From NCBI RefSeq assembly GCF_000014785.1, contig NC_008340.1, positions 990,001 to 1,022,000 of the forward strand: a stretch of DNA of 32,000 nt. Reading direction: 5' to 3'. The notes beneath the pieces are model-generated. The model ran no database searches, was not told the origin of the DNA, and worked only from the letters and a program-made list of their open reading frames with translations. The stretch comes from Alkalilimnicola ehrlichii MLHE-1 (GTDB lineage: Bacteria > Pseudomonadota > Gammaproteobacteria > Nitrococcales > Halorhodospiraceae). Every line of letters starts with the position of its first letter. Position 1 is the first letter of the stretch. The translations under genes and the position numbers were made by a program. Below are positions 1-9,504 of this stretch, piece by piece.

Positions 1-789
1 GTAACCACGGTGCTCCAGGATGCCCGGCAGCCACGGGCCGGCGAAGGCGTAGAACAGGAACACACCGGTGATGATGACCAGCGCCAGCCCGGCCACCCGG
101 CGCGTCATCTCCAGGATGAGGAGGATCCCGGTGAGCGAGACCAGGAACTCGGTGGTGCCGACGAAGGAGGTGCCGGCGGCCATACGCCAGCGGGCCAGGG
201 CGAAAATAATGAACGCGGCCACCACGATGGCGGCCAGCGACAGCAGCCAATCGGGCCAGTGCACCCGATTGGCGGGGCTGTGAAAGATCCAACTGGAGAG
301 CAGGGCGATACCGGTGCCACCGATCAGCGCATAGCGCATGTGTTCGAAGACCCAGTCCGGCGGGTTGGGCTGGCCACCCACTTCACGCAGGTACCAGGCC
401 AGGCCGATACAGAAGGCCGCGTAACCGATGGCGGTGGCGCTGGCCAGCAGGGGCACCAACTGCGGGGTGGTCAGCGCCCGCGGATTGGCGGTGCGGTTCA
501 GGGTGGCCGCGGTGGTCAGCAGGAAGCCGATGACTAGGCCCCCCGCCACGTGGCTGATGCGGAAGGCCCAGGTCTCCATCGGGGCAACGTTGAGCGAATA
601 GAGATGGAAGGCCGTGTAGAGCACGCAGATGCTGTAGAGCAGCCAGCGTTGCCAGCCCGCCACGTCGCGCTCATTGTGACCGAGGGGGATTTCGGTCACA
701 TCTTCTACGGCCACCTTGGGGGCGTCCGGTGCCTGGGGATCCTTGTCGTCGGGTGCCGTGTTCTGATTGTCGTGTCGTTGTGAATTCAT
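1..789 (-). CDS. TRAP transporter fused permease subunit (4TM/12TM type), N-terminal part, truncated by window edge
   Basis: Open minus-strand frame from ATG at 789 (MNSQRHDNQNTAPDDKDPQ...GWQRWLLYSICVLYTAFHLYSLNVAPMETWAFRISHVAGGLVIGFLLTTAATLNR...) to the edge with several hydrophobic segments; immediately downstream of a TAXI solute-binding protein. Not in the ORF track because it has no stop in the window. Confidence 0.85.
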   Translation of the reverse strand, partial: MNSQRHDNQNTAPDDKDPQAPDAPKVAVEDVTEIPLGHNERDVAGWQRWLLYSICVLYTAFHLYSLNVAPMETWAFRISHVAGGLVIGFLLTTAATLNRTANPRALTTPQLVPLLASATAIGYAAFCIGLAWYLREVGGQPNPPDWVFEHMRYALIGGTGIALLSSWIFHSPANRVHWPDWLLSLAAIVVAAFIIFALARWRMAAGTSFVGTTEFLVSLTGILLILEMTRRVAGLALVIITGVFLFYAFAGPWLPGILEHRGY

Positions 790-945
790 GGTTGGATTCA
801 CTGTCCGTTGTCAGGCTTTTGGCCCGTTTGCGGATAGGGACCTGTCAGGGAAACCGACTGCCGAGTCAGTTTTCAGTCGCCCTGACAAACAGAACCCCCA
901 CCCGCGGATGCGGATGGGGGTGGGGTTGCCGGTGCCGCGTGGCGC

Positions 946-1932
946 TTAGCCGCGCAGGTCATCCGGGATGTCGAATCCGTTCTCTTCGAACCAGCGCACC
1001 GCGCCCGGGTGGAACGGAAGCCAGTCGTTGACCTCCCAGTTCTCCGGCAGCGTTTCCTTGGAAGCGCCGTGGATCTGCACCATCTCATCGTTGTTTTCCA
1101 TCACCGTCTTGGTCACACCATAGACCAGACTCTCCGGCATGTCCTTGTGAGTGATGGCAAAGTTCCAGATGGAGATGGCCGGGATATCGGCGTCCAGGGA
1201 TTGGTAGGCGTCGCCCGGGACGCTGGAGCCGACCAGCTCGGGGAAGGCCTCCAGAATGGCCTCCTGATCGGCTTCAGCGATGGAGAAGATGTTGACGTCG
1301 GCCTGGGCCTCGGCCTGGCTGAAGGCGGAGATCGGGATGCCGGCGGCGAAGGCGAAGGCATCGATCAGGCCGTCCTGGAGCTGGCCCACCTGGTCGGAGG
1401 CGCCGCCGTTACGGGTGCGCACATCCAGACCGAGCTGCTCGAAGAACTGGGGCCAGTACATGTCAGCGGTGCCGCCGGCCGGGCCGATGCCCACGGTTTT
1501 GCCGTCGAGATCCGCGACACTCTCAATGCCGGACCCGGACAGGGCGATGACCTGGAAGGCCGTCTGGTACATGGGGAACACTGCGCGGATGTCCTTGTGC
1601 TCCAGGCCCGGTGCCAGTTCGCTTTCGCCCTCCCAGGCCGCCAGCGCGGGGCCCATGGTGACCATGCCGAATTGGTGATCGCCGGTCTGCACCAGGGTGG
1701 CGTTCTGGACCGGGCCGCCGGTGACCTCGGCGCCGGCGTTGATGTCCAGCGCTTCGCCCACCATGTTGGCCCAGCCGGAACCGTAAATGAAGTAGGTGCC
1801 GCCCTGGCTGGCGGTGCCCACGGTGATGCTGCGCGGCCAGTCGCCGCGGTCGTCGGCGATGGCAGCGCCACCGGCGGCCAGCGCCGCGCCGGCGCACAGG
1901 CTTACGAATACATTGCGGGTGCTGTTAAGCAT
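946..1932 (-). CDS. TAXI family TRAP transporter solute-binding protein
   Basis: Signal peptide then ITVGTASQGGTYFIYGSGWANMVGEAL...GPAGGTADMYWPQFFEQLGLDV; start taken as MLNSTRNVFVSLCAGAALAAGG (ATG at 1932) rather than the 1998 ORF start. Confidence 0.92.
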   Translation of the reverse strand: MLNSTRNVFVSLCAGAALAAGGAAIADDRGDWPRSITVGTASQGGTYFIYGSGWANMVGEALDINAGAEVTGGPVQNATLVQTGDHQFGMVTMGPALAAWEGESELAPGLEHKDIRAVFPMYQTAFQVIALSGSGIESVADLDGKTVGIGPAGGTADMYWPQFFEQLGLDVRTRNGGASDQVGQLQDGLIDAFAFAAGIPISAFSQAEAQADVNIFSIAEADQEAILEAFPELVGSSVPGDAYQSLDADIPAISIWNFAITHKDMPESLVYGVTKTVMENNDEMVQIHGASKETLPENWEVNDWLPFHPGAVRWFEENGFDIPDDLRG

Positions 1933-2235
1933 TGTAATGACATCTCCGCTGATGGCTTCACGGGAAAATCCGGGGCCTGCCACCCAGGGCGGGCCCATGC
2001 TGTCAGACGATTGATGGAATAGTAGAGTTGGTTCGCTGGTCTGACAGCCCAGTTTTTATGCCAGGGGCGTAGCCCCTGTCAACGATGGGCTATTGTGCAG
2101 TACGGCATCGGGTATGTCGGGACAGTCGGCAAAACAAAGCCCGTTACTGCGGATTGTGTGCGTGCAGTCTTGCAGGGGGGCAAGCGGTGCCGCTGCCCCC
2201 TGCACAGGCAGTGGCCACGGACCGAACCGGCCCGG

Positions 2236-3687
2236 TCAATTGCCCCGCGGTACCGTCTGCGGTTCCACAAACTCGAACAGGCCCTCGGTGCCTCCTTCCC
2301 GGCCCCAACCACTGCACTTCATGCCGCCGAACGGGGCCTCCGGCGTGGGCCCGGTGCCGGTGTTGTGGCCCACATGGGCAAACTCCAGTCCGGCGATCAG
2401 GCGCTGGGCGCGGGCCTCGTCGGCGGTGAACAGGTAGGCGGCGAGGCCGAACTCGGTGTCGTTGGCCATCTCCAGGGCCTGCGCCTCGTCCCGAAAGGGC
2501 ATGATGGGGACCAGCGGGCCGAAGGTCTCCTCGCGGGTGCAGTCCATGCCCGGCTTCACCCCCCGCAATACCGCTGGCGGGAAGAAGCCGCCCCAGTCGT
2601 TGGGGATGGGACCCGGGTCTTCGCCCAGCACCGCGGTGGCGCCCTGCTCCAGGGCGTTGTTGAAATGCCGCCGCACCTTCTCGTAGCCGTTGCGGTCGAT
2701 CAGCGGCCCGAGGTCGGTGTCCGGCGCCATGCCGTCACCCACCTTCAGCCGGGCGGCCCGCTCCGCCACCTTGTCGGCGAAGCTCTCCTCCACCGAGGCC
2801 TCCACCAGGATGCGGTTGGCACAGACACAAGTCTGGCCACCACCCCGGAATTTGTTGGCGATGAGGTGGTCGGCGGCGCGGTCCAGGTCGGTGTCCGCGA
2901 ACACGATGAAGGGCGCGTTACCGCCCAACTCCAGGGCGAGCTTTTTCACCCCCGGGGCGCTGGCGGTGATCAGCTTGCGGCCCACCTCGGTGGAGCCGGT
3001 GAAGCTCACCACGCGCACCCGGTCATCCGCCATCAGGGTATCGCCGATGGGCCCGGAGGGCCCGGTGACCAGGTTGACGAAACCGGGGGGCAGGTCCACC
3101 TCCCGCTCCATCAGCGTGAACAGCGCCAGCATGGTCAGCGGGGTCTTGGACGAGGGCTTGATCACGCTGGGGCAGCCGGCAGCGATCGCCGCGGAAAGCT
3201 TCTTCGCGATCATGCCAATGGGGAAGTTCCAGGGGGTGACCAGGCCGACCACCCCGGCCGGGCGATTGTGGATGGTCCAGGTGGCCTCGCGCGGACGCTC
3301 GGGGAGCGTGCGCGGCCCCAGCGAGTAGACATTTTTCGCGCAGAACTCAAAGAACCCGGCGGCGTATAACACCTCGCCCTGGGCCTCCTTCAGCGGCTTG
3401 CCGTGCTCCATGGTGAGGACACGGCCCAGCTCCGACTTGTGCGCTTTCAGGGCATCGACGATACCGTCCAGCCAGGCCTGCCGCTCCTCCAGCTCACTGC
3501 CCCGGCGCAGCGCGGCGTGCGCGGCGTCGATGGCCCTTCGGGTCTCCTCCGCTCCCATGGCCGCAACGCGGCCCAACTCGTCACCGTTGACCGGGTTGTG
3601 GACCGGGAAGCGCTCGCCGCTGTCGGCGGGGGTCCAGGAGCCGTCGATGTAGCCGTGCAGGTTCGACAGCAGGGGGGATTCAAACAT
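2236..3687 (-). CDS. NAD(P)-dependent aldehyde dehydrogenase, succinate-semialdehyde dehydrogenase (GabD)-like
   Basis: ALDH motifs VTPWNFPIGMIAKK, SFTGSTEVGRKL, LELGGNAPFIVF, GQTCVCANR, EETFGPLVPI; start MFESPLLSNLHGYIDGSW at 3687 with GAGGAG-like RBS. Confidence 0.9.
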   Translation of the reverse strand: MFESPLLSNLHGYIDGSWTPADSGERFPVHNPVNGDELGRVAAMGAEETRRAIDAAHAALRRGSELEERQAWLDGIVDALKAHKSELGRVLTMEHGKPLKEAQGEVLYAAGFFEFCAKNVYSLGPRTLPERPREATWTIHNRPAGVVGLVTPWNFPIGMIAKKLSAAIAAGCPSVIKPSSKTPLTMLALFTLMEREVDLPPGFVNLVTGPSGPIGDTLMADDRVRVVSFTGSTEVGRKLITASAPGVKKLALELGGNAPFIVFADTDLDRAADHLIANKFRGGGQTCVCANRILVEASVEESFADKVAERAARLKVGDGMAPDTDLGPLIDRNGYEKVRRHFNNALEQGATAVLGEDPGPIPNDWGGFFPPAVLRGVKPGMDCTREETFGPLVPIMPFRDEAQALEMANDTEFGLAAYLFTADEARAQRLIAGLEFAHVGHNTGTGPTPEAPFGGMKCSGWGREGGTEGLFEFVEPQTVPRGN

Positions 3688-3752
3688 GGCTCGCTCCTCA
3701 TGAATCGGGTTTGTCACCGGCCCCTCGGGCGCCGGGGCCGGTGGGGATCGGG

Positions 3753-4745
3753 TCAGGTGCCGGGGGAGGGCGGTACGTAGCCGCGTCCCTTGTCCACCTG
3801 GTTGAGCAGGGGTTCGCCCTGGCGCCAGCAATGGAAGTTGGCGATGAACTGCTCAGAGAGCGCCCGGCGCCAGCCCACCACATCACCCGCCATGTGGTGA
3901 GAGATCACCACATTGTCCAGGTCCCACAAGGGGTGGTCGGCCGGTAGCGGCTCATCCTCGAAGACATCCAGGGCCGCGCCGGCCAGCTCGCCGGCCCGCA
4001 GAGCCGCCACCAGGTCATCGGTGCGGACGATCGGGCCGCGCCCGATGTTGATCAGCCGGGCGTGCGTGGCCATCCGCCGGAACAGCCCGGCGTCGAACAG
4101 CCCCTCGGTGGCCGGAGTGAGCGGAGCGGCAATGACCACGTAGTCCTGGTCCGGCAGCAGCTCGGTCAGCCGGTCGTTGCTATAGACGGCCTGGAAGTCG
4201 GGGTCGCTGTCGCGGTCGCGGCTGGCGATACCGGTGACCTGCATGCCCATCGCACCACAGGCGCGGGCGATCTGCCGGCCGATGGAACCGGCCCCCACCA
4301 CCAGCACCCGCTGACCCTCAATGCGTTCGGTATCCCGGTGGTGCCAGCGGTGTTCGCGCTGCAGGGCCAGCGTGGTGTGCAGATCCTTGGCATAGAGCAG
4401 GATCAGCCCCAGCACATACTCGGCGATGGGGCGGTCGAAGATCCCGCGGGCGTTGGTCAGCGGGACATCGCTCTCGCGCAGGGCGGGAAACAGCAGCCGG
4501 TCGACCCCCGCCGAGGTGGCGTGGACCCAGGAGACCTTGCGTGCCGCCGGCCAGGCCCGTTCCACCACGTCGGTATTGAAGTCGGTGACCAGCAGGATGT
4601 CCGCCTCGGCCAGGGCGTCGCGCAGCTCCTCCACCGTACGGGTATGGATCAGCCGGGCCTGGCCTGAGAGCGTCTCCAGCCCCGGTGGCACGTCCTCGTC
4701 CATGGCGGTCAGCAAGGCGATGACCGGTTCCGCTGCTGCTGGCAT
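3753..4745 (-). CDS. D-2-hydroxyacid dehydrogenase (NAD-binding)
   Basis: VLVVGAGSIGRQIARACGAMGMQVTGI Rossmann motif, LINIGRGPIVRTDDLVAAL, ALDVFEDEPLPADHPLW, NVVISHHMAG; start MPAAAEPVIALL at 4745. Confidence 0.92.
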   Translation of the reverse strand: MPAAAEPVIALLTAMDEDVPPGLETLSGQARLIHTRTVEELRDALAEADILLVTDFNTDVVERAWPAARKVSWVHATSAGVDRLLFPALRESDVPLTNARGIFDRPIAEYVLGLILLYAKDLHTTLALQREHRWHHRDTERIEGQRVLVVGAGSIGRQIARACGAMGMQVTGIASRDRDSDPDFQAVYSNDRLTELLPDQDYVVIAAPLTPATEGLFDAGLFRRMATHARLINIGRGPIVRTDDLVAALRAGELAGAALDVFEDEPLPADHPLWDLDNVVISHHMAGDVVGWRRALSEQFIANFHCWRQGEPLLNQVDKGRGYVPPSPGT

Positions 4746-4991
4746 GGCTTTCTCCCGTAAGCGGCCTGAAGGGTGCAGTGGCGGGCAGGCTTGCACCGGT
4801 CTGGGGCAGACCGGATGCTGCGCCCCGGAAAGCCCGCCACTCTGCTCATTAGTAGCCCTCCGCGGCAGGGTTCGTCAATTGTTGACCCCCGCCCGCGCCG
4901 GGCCTACTGTGGAACTGAACGCACAAGTCGGGATCGCCGCATGGGGCGACGATCACCCGTCATCCGCAGCCGCTGCATAGGAGGATCGGGC

Positions 4992-6194
4992 ATGGTGGCG
5001 GATCCGGTCGAGCTGGAGTATTCCGAAACCCCGGAACCCATGTGGAATCCGGCCCTGAGGGCGCTGCCCATCCCGGGCATCCGGCGCATGGTCAACATGG
5101 CCGCCGAGATGGATGACGTGATCCATCTCTCCATTGGCCAGCCGGACTTTCCCGTGCCCGACCATGTGATCGAGGCGCACATCGATGCCCTGCGCCACGG
5201 CCAGACCGGTTACACCATGGACGCCGGCCTGCCGGAACTGCTGGAGACCATCGCCGAGTATTACGCCGACCGCTATCAGCGGCCGATCGCCCCGGAGAAC
5301 GTGTTGGTCACCACCGGCGCGACCGAGGCCATCTACCTGGCGCTGGCGGCCACCGCCGCACCCGGCCGGCAGTTTCTGGTGCCGGACCCCTCCTTTCCGC
5401 TCTATGCCCCGCTGATCCGCATGAACGGCGGCGAGGTGAAGGCCATCCCCACCCGCGCAGAGAATGGCCATCAGCTCGACCCCCAGGAGGTGATCGACAA
5501 CATCGGGATGCGCACCTTCGGCATCATCCTTAACTCGCCGAGCAATCCCACCGGCACGGTCTATCCGCGCGAGACGGTGGAGGCCATCGTCCAGGAGGCC
5601 GCCTACCGCGGGGTGTATGTCTACAGCGACGAGGTCTACGACCACCTGCTGCTGGATGACCTGCAATACGCCAGCGTGCTCAACTGCACCTCCGACCTGG
5701 ACCACGTGATGATGATGTCCAGCTTCTCCAAGACCTACAGCATGTCGGGCCTGCGGATCGGTTGGATCATCTCCAGCCAGGGGGCCATCAAGAAGCTGCG
5801 CCGGTTCCATATCTTCACCACCACCGTGGCCAATACCCCGGCGCAGTGGGCGGGTGTGGCCGCGCTGCGCGGGGAGAAGACCTGCCTGGACAGCATGGTG
5901 GCGGAGTACCGCCGGCGCCGGGACCGGGTGGTGCAACTGGTCAGCGATGCGCCCCACCTCACCGGTTACTGGCCCCAGGGCGCCTTTTACATCTTCCCGT
6001 CACTGCCGCCGAACACCGATGCCACCACCGTGGCCATCCGCATGCTGCAGGAGACCGGCGTCTGCGTGGTGCCGGGGGACGCCTTCGGCGACAGTTGCCC
6101 CAATTCGCTGCGCATCAGTTTCTCCGCGAGCATGGATGATATTGAGGAGGCCTTCGAGCGGGTCATCCCCTGGCTGGCCAAGCAGCGCTTCTGA
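4992..6194 (+). CDS. Pyridoxal-phosphate-dependent aminotransferase, class I/II
   Basis: NSPSNPTGTVYPRE, YSDEVYDHLLLDD, SFSKTYSMSGLRIGW, NSLRISFSAS; start MVADPVELEYSETPEP with upstream aggaggatcggg RBS. Confidence 0.92.
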   Translation: MVADPVELEYSETPEPMWNPALRALPIPGIRRMVNMAAEMDDVIHLSIGQPDFPVPDHVIEAHIDALRHGQTGYTMDAGLPELLETIAEYYADRYQRPIAPENVLVTTGATEAIYLALAATAAPGRQFLVPDPSFPLYAPLIRMNGGEVKAIPTRAENGHQLDPQEVIDNIGMRTFGIILNSPSNPTGTVYPRETVEAIVQEAAYRGVYVYSDEVYDHLLLDDLQYASVLNCTSDLDHVMMMSSFSKTYSMSGLRIGWIISSQGAIKKLRRFHIFTTTVANTPAQWAGVAALRGEKTCLDSMVAEYRRRRDRVVQLVSDAPHLTGYWPQGAFYIFPSLPPNTDATTVAIRMLQETGVCVVPGDAFGDSCPNSLRISFSASMDDIEEAFERVIPWLAKQRF

Positions 6195-6425
6195 TGCCCT
6201 GACCGGGCTGCCGTGCGCCCCCGGGCGCATGCCAGCCCGGCCCGCCCAATTGCATTACCGACACCGCCTGGCGGTGGACTCAAGCCCCCTCTGATCTCTC
6301 CCGTCCGGCACTGCGGCGTGTCGGGGTTGTTCAACTGAACGCCCCCAGGCGCGCTGCGGTCCGGCGCCCGTTCCCTGCCTTCAACGCGTTTGTAATTAGA
6401 GCATCTCCAATCTTTTGTAATGATA

Positions 6426-6454
6426 TTGCAAATGCGAACCAGTCTCACTACGAT
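6426..6454 (+). promoter_or_regulatory. Candidate sigma-70 promoter overlapped by Fur box
   Basis: TTGCAA (6426-6431) - 17 bp - TACGAT (6449-6454); the spacer holds AATGCGAACCAGTCTCACT (6431-6449), 15/19 identical to the Fur-box form AATGAGAATCATTCTCATT. Confidence 0.6.
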
Positions 6455-6480
6455 TGCGCTCGGGACATGTGAAGCGGCTT

Positions 6481-6517
6481 GCGGCCCGCGGTGATCCGCT
6501 AGGGCCGCCTTTTTTTC
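6481..6517 (+). terminator. Intrinsic-terminator-like hairpin within the leader of the TonB receptor gene
   Basis: GCGGCCC-GCGG-TGAT-CCGC-TA-GGGCCGC (11 bp of pairing, 2-nt bulge, 4-nt loop) followed by CTTTTTTT. Confidence 0.65.
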
Positions 6518-6595
6518 TGCAGCCGTCTTTTTGGGGGGACTGGTGTGATGCCAGGGAGGTACGCCCGGTCGAATTCGTTACAGGAGCAATCAGTT

Positions 6596-8869
6596 ATGAC
6601 TACGTATCGATTCCGACGCCGGCTGCCATTGGTCGCGGCGGCCGTGGCGATGGCCTTTGGGGCGCAGGGGGTGCACGCCGAGAGCGGCTCCCGGCTGCTG
6701 GATCGGATTACGATCACCGGCGATCCGGATCGGATACAGCCGGTTCCGGGGTCTGCACAAGCGCTCGATCGTGAGGAGCTCGAACGCCACAGTTACACCG
6801 ACCCCCACCGGGTCCTGCGCGCCGTGCCCGGCGTCAATGTGGTGGAGGAGGAGGGCCACGGTCAGTTCCCGCATATCAGCATGCGCGGTACCCCGCCCGA
6901 GCGGAACAGCCGGATCACGGTGATGGAGGATGGGGTGCTGGTGGCCCCGGCCCCCTATGCCGCGCCGGCGGCCTACTACTTCCCGCCGATGGGGCGCATG
7001 GACCGCGTCGAGGTCCAGAAGGGTTCCAGTGCCATCCGCCACGGGCCTTACACCACCGGCGGGGCGATCAACATGCTGTCGACGCCGATCCCCACCGAGA
7101 CCTCGGGCAAGGCGGATATCCTGTTCGGTACCGATAATGGCCGCCGGATCCACAGTCACGTGGGCGGTACCCGCGATATCGGCGAGGCGGGTAACCAGTT
7201 TGGTTGGCTCCTGGAGGGCTTCACGAATCAGTCCGACGGCTTCAAGCGGCTGGATAATCCGGCGTCCGGTCCCAACCAGCCCGACCTGGACACCGGCTTC
7301 GACCGCCGCAACCTGATGACCAAGCTGCGTTGGAACACCGACCCGGCGGCCGCCGTCTATCAGGAGCTGGAGTTCAAATTTGCCCGGGATGACCGCACCA
7401 TCAATGACACTTACCTGGGCCTGACCCAGGAGGACTTCGACGCCAACCCCTTCCGTCGGTATGTCGGTTCGGCCCGGGACGAGATCAATACGGAGAACGA
7501 GCTCTTCCAGCTTCGCCACTACATCACGCCCACGGCGAACACCGACCTGACCACCACCATTTACCGCACGGACACCGTCCGCAACTGGTACAAGCTCCAC
7601 GAGGTGGATGGCCAGGGTGATGGTGACTTCGTCGGCATCACGGCTATCCTGGATGATCCGGACACCTATGCCGATGAGTTGAGTTGGATCAAGGGTGACC
7701 CCAACAACGCCGGCGCGCGCGGCGCCTTGCGGGCCAATAATCGCGAGTACTTCGCCCGGGGGGTCGACCTCAAGGGGGGGTACTGGTTCGATCTGGGGAG
7801 CTGGTCCCACGAACTCGAGGTTGGGGTGCGCTACCACGAGGACGAAGAGGATCGCTTCCAGTGGCACGACATCTATGCCGTCAGCGATCAGGGCGATCTC
7901 TTCCTCGACGAGCGTGAGCCCTTCGGCTCCAAGACCAACCGGTTGACCGAGGCCGACGCCATCGCCACCTACGCGCAGAACACCATGCGCCGTGGCCCCT
8001 GGCAGATCGCCGCCGGGCTGCGCCATGAGGATATCGAGATCCGCCGGCGCGACTGGGGGACCCCGCAGCGCGATTCGGCCAGCCTGAGCCGCGATCAGTC
8101 CAACACCTATCGGGTCTGGATCCCGGGGCTGGGCGCCACCTACGACCTGGACGCCAACTGGAGTGTGCTGGCCGGTGTGCACCGTGGTTTTGCCCCGGGG
8201 GGCAGCAGCCCGGATGACAAGGAGGAGCGCAGCACCAATTACGAGGCCGGGTTCCGGTACGACAGCGGCGTGACCCGTGCCGAGGTGATCGCCTTCTATA
8301 ACGAGTACTCCAACATCAACATCGAGTGCACCGCTGTTGGCGGCGGCTGTGGCGCCGCCGACATCGGCGACACCGTCTCGGCCGGCGAGGTCGACATCTA
8401 CGGCCTGGAGGCCCTGTGGATGCACGATGTGGGGCACTCCCAGCAGTGGGGCATCGGGGTGCCCGTGAGCATCGGCTATACCCTCACCCAAAGCCGGTTC
8501 AAGCAGGACATCGGTGGTAACGCGCCCAATCAGTGGGCCAACGCCCGCCGCGGCGACTCGCTGCCCGAAGTGCCGGAGCACATGATCAATGCCAGTGTCG
8601 GGTTGGCGCAGGAGGGTTGGCGGCTCAGCCTGAACGCCAACTACGTCACCTCGGTGAAGGCCAAGGCCGACCCGGCTCTGAGCCACCAGCGGATAGACTC
8701 CCGACTGCTGCTGGACCTCTCGGGTGAGTACCGGGTCCATCGCAATGCCCGGCTGTTCGGCGCGGTGGAGAACCTGACTGACAAGGAGTATGTCGCCCAC
8801 TACCGCCCCGCCGGCGCCCGGCCCGGCAAGCCCCGCGAGTTCTGGGCGGGGGTGAAGGTCGACTTCTGA
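6596..8869 (+). CDS. TonB-dependent siderophore/Fe(III)-dicitrate receptor (FecA-like)
   Basis: Signal peptide, plug domain (ITITGDPDRIQPVPGSAQALDREEL...GTPPERNSRITVMEDGVLVAPAPYAAPAAYYFPP...), C-terminal FGAVENLTDKEYVAHYRPAGARPGKPREFWAGVKVDF; ATG at 6596 after CAGGAG. Confidence 0.88.
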   Translation: MTTYRFRRRLPLVAAAVAMAFGAQGVHAESGSRLLDRITITGDPDRIQPVPGSAQALDREELERHSYTDPHRVLRAVPGVNVVEEEGHGQFPHISMRGTPPERNSRITVMEDGVLVAPAPYAAPAAYYFPPMGRMDRVEVQKGSSAIRHGPYTTGGAINMLSTPIPTETSGKADILFGTDNGRRIHSHVGGTRDIGEAGNQFGWLLEGFTNQSDGFKRLDNPASGPNQPDLDTGFDRRNLMTKLRWNTDPAAAVYQELEFKFARDDRTINDTYLGLTQEDFDANPFRRYVGSARDEINTENELFQLRHYITPTANTDLTTTIYRTDTVRNWYKLHEVDGQGDGDFVGITAILDDPDTYADELSWIKGDPNNAGARGALRANNREYFARGVDLKGGYWFDLGSWSHELEVGVRYHEDEEDRFQWHDIYAVSDQGDLFLDEREPFGSKTNRLTEADAIATYAQNTMRRGPWQIAAGLRHEDIEIRRRDWGTPQRDSASLSRDQSNTYRVWIPGLGATYDLDANWSVLAGVHRGFAPGGSSPDDKEERSTNYEAGFRYDSGVTRAEVIAFYNEYSNINIECTAVGGGCGAADIGDTVSAGEVDIYGLEALWMHDVGHSQQWGIGVPVSIGYTLTQSRFKQDIGGNAPNQWANARRGDSLPEVPEHMINASVGLAQEGWRLSLNANYVTSVKAKADPALSHQRIDSRLLLDLSGEYRVHRNARLFGAVENLTDKEYVAHYRPAGARPGKPREFWAGVKVDF

Positions 8870-8922
8870 TCCGAACCCGGCTCACCGGGCAGACAGGGGT
8901 GGCTACCGGCCGCTCCACTGCG

Positions 8923-8952
8923 GCCCTCGACAGGGATGTCGGGGGCTTTTTT
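8923..8952 (+). terminator. Rho-independent terminator after TonB receptor gene
   Basis: GCCCTCGACA-GGGA-TGTCGGGGGC stem (10 bp with one G-U pair) followed by TTTTTT. Confidence 0.85.
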
Positions 8953-9036
8953 GTGTTCCCAAGCGGATTGACGCCCGGCCTACCGCAGGCGATCCTTCTC
9001 GTAACCTGACGGCGGATTCAGATTGGAGGGCTGCGA

Positions 9037-9504
9037 GTGACCGAAGCGATTAACCCGCGGGGCATGCTGGCGATGGCCCGGGACTTCTTTCAGCTTCTGC
9101 CGCACGGGCGACTGCTGGGGATTGTGGTGAACCGGGCGGATTCCGATGGTGTGGAGACGCAATTGCCCTACCGTAAGGAACTGGTGGGCGACCCGGACAC
9201 CGGTCACCTGCATGGCGGTGTCGTGACCACGCTCATCGACCAGACCAGTGGCGCCGCCGTGCTCTGCCGGCTGGGGCGGCTGGAGGCGGTGGCCACCCTG
9301 GACCTGCGGGTGGATCACCTGGGCCGGGCCGAACCGGGGTTGGCGGTGGTGGCCCGCGGTGAATGCTATCGGGTCACGCCCAATATCTGCTTCGCCCGCT
9401 GCACGGTCTTTCCGGAGGGGCGGCCCGAGCGCCCCATCGCCACCAGCATGAGCAGCTTCATGCGCACCGGCCAGGTGCCCGGCTTCGTGGAGGGCAGCCG
9501 ATGA
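9037..9504 (+). CDS. PaaI-family hotdog thioesterase
   Basis: LPYRKELVGDPDTGHLHGGVVTTLIDQTSGAAVL hotdog signature; GTG start with GGAGGG upstream. Confidence 0.8.
   Translation: MTEAINPRGMLAMARDFFQLLPHGRLLGIVVNRADSDGVETQLPYRKELVGDPDTGHLHGGVVTTLIDQTSGAAVLCRLGRLEAVATLDLRVDHLGRAEPGLAVVARGECYRVTPNICFARCTVFPEGRPERPIATSMSSFMRTGQVPGFVEGSR

Noticed and set aside
6590-8800. 736-aa minus-strand ORF antisense to the TonB receptor gene
   Set aside because: Fully antisense to a clear receptor CDS; composition is typical of a GC-rich shadow frame and no protein family features were seen.
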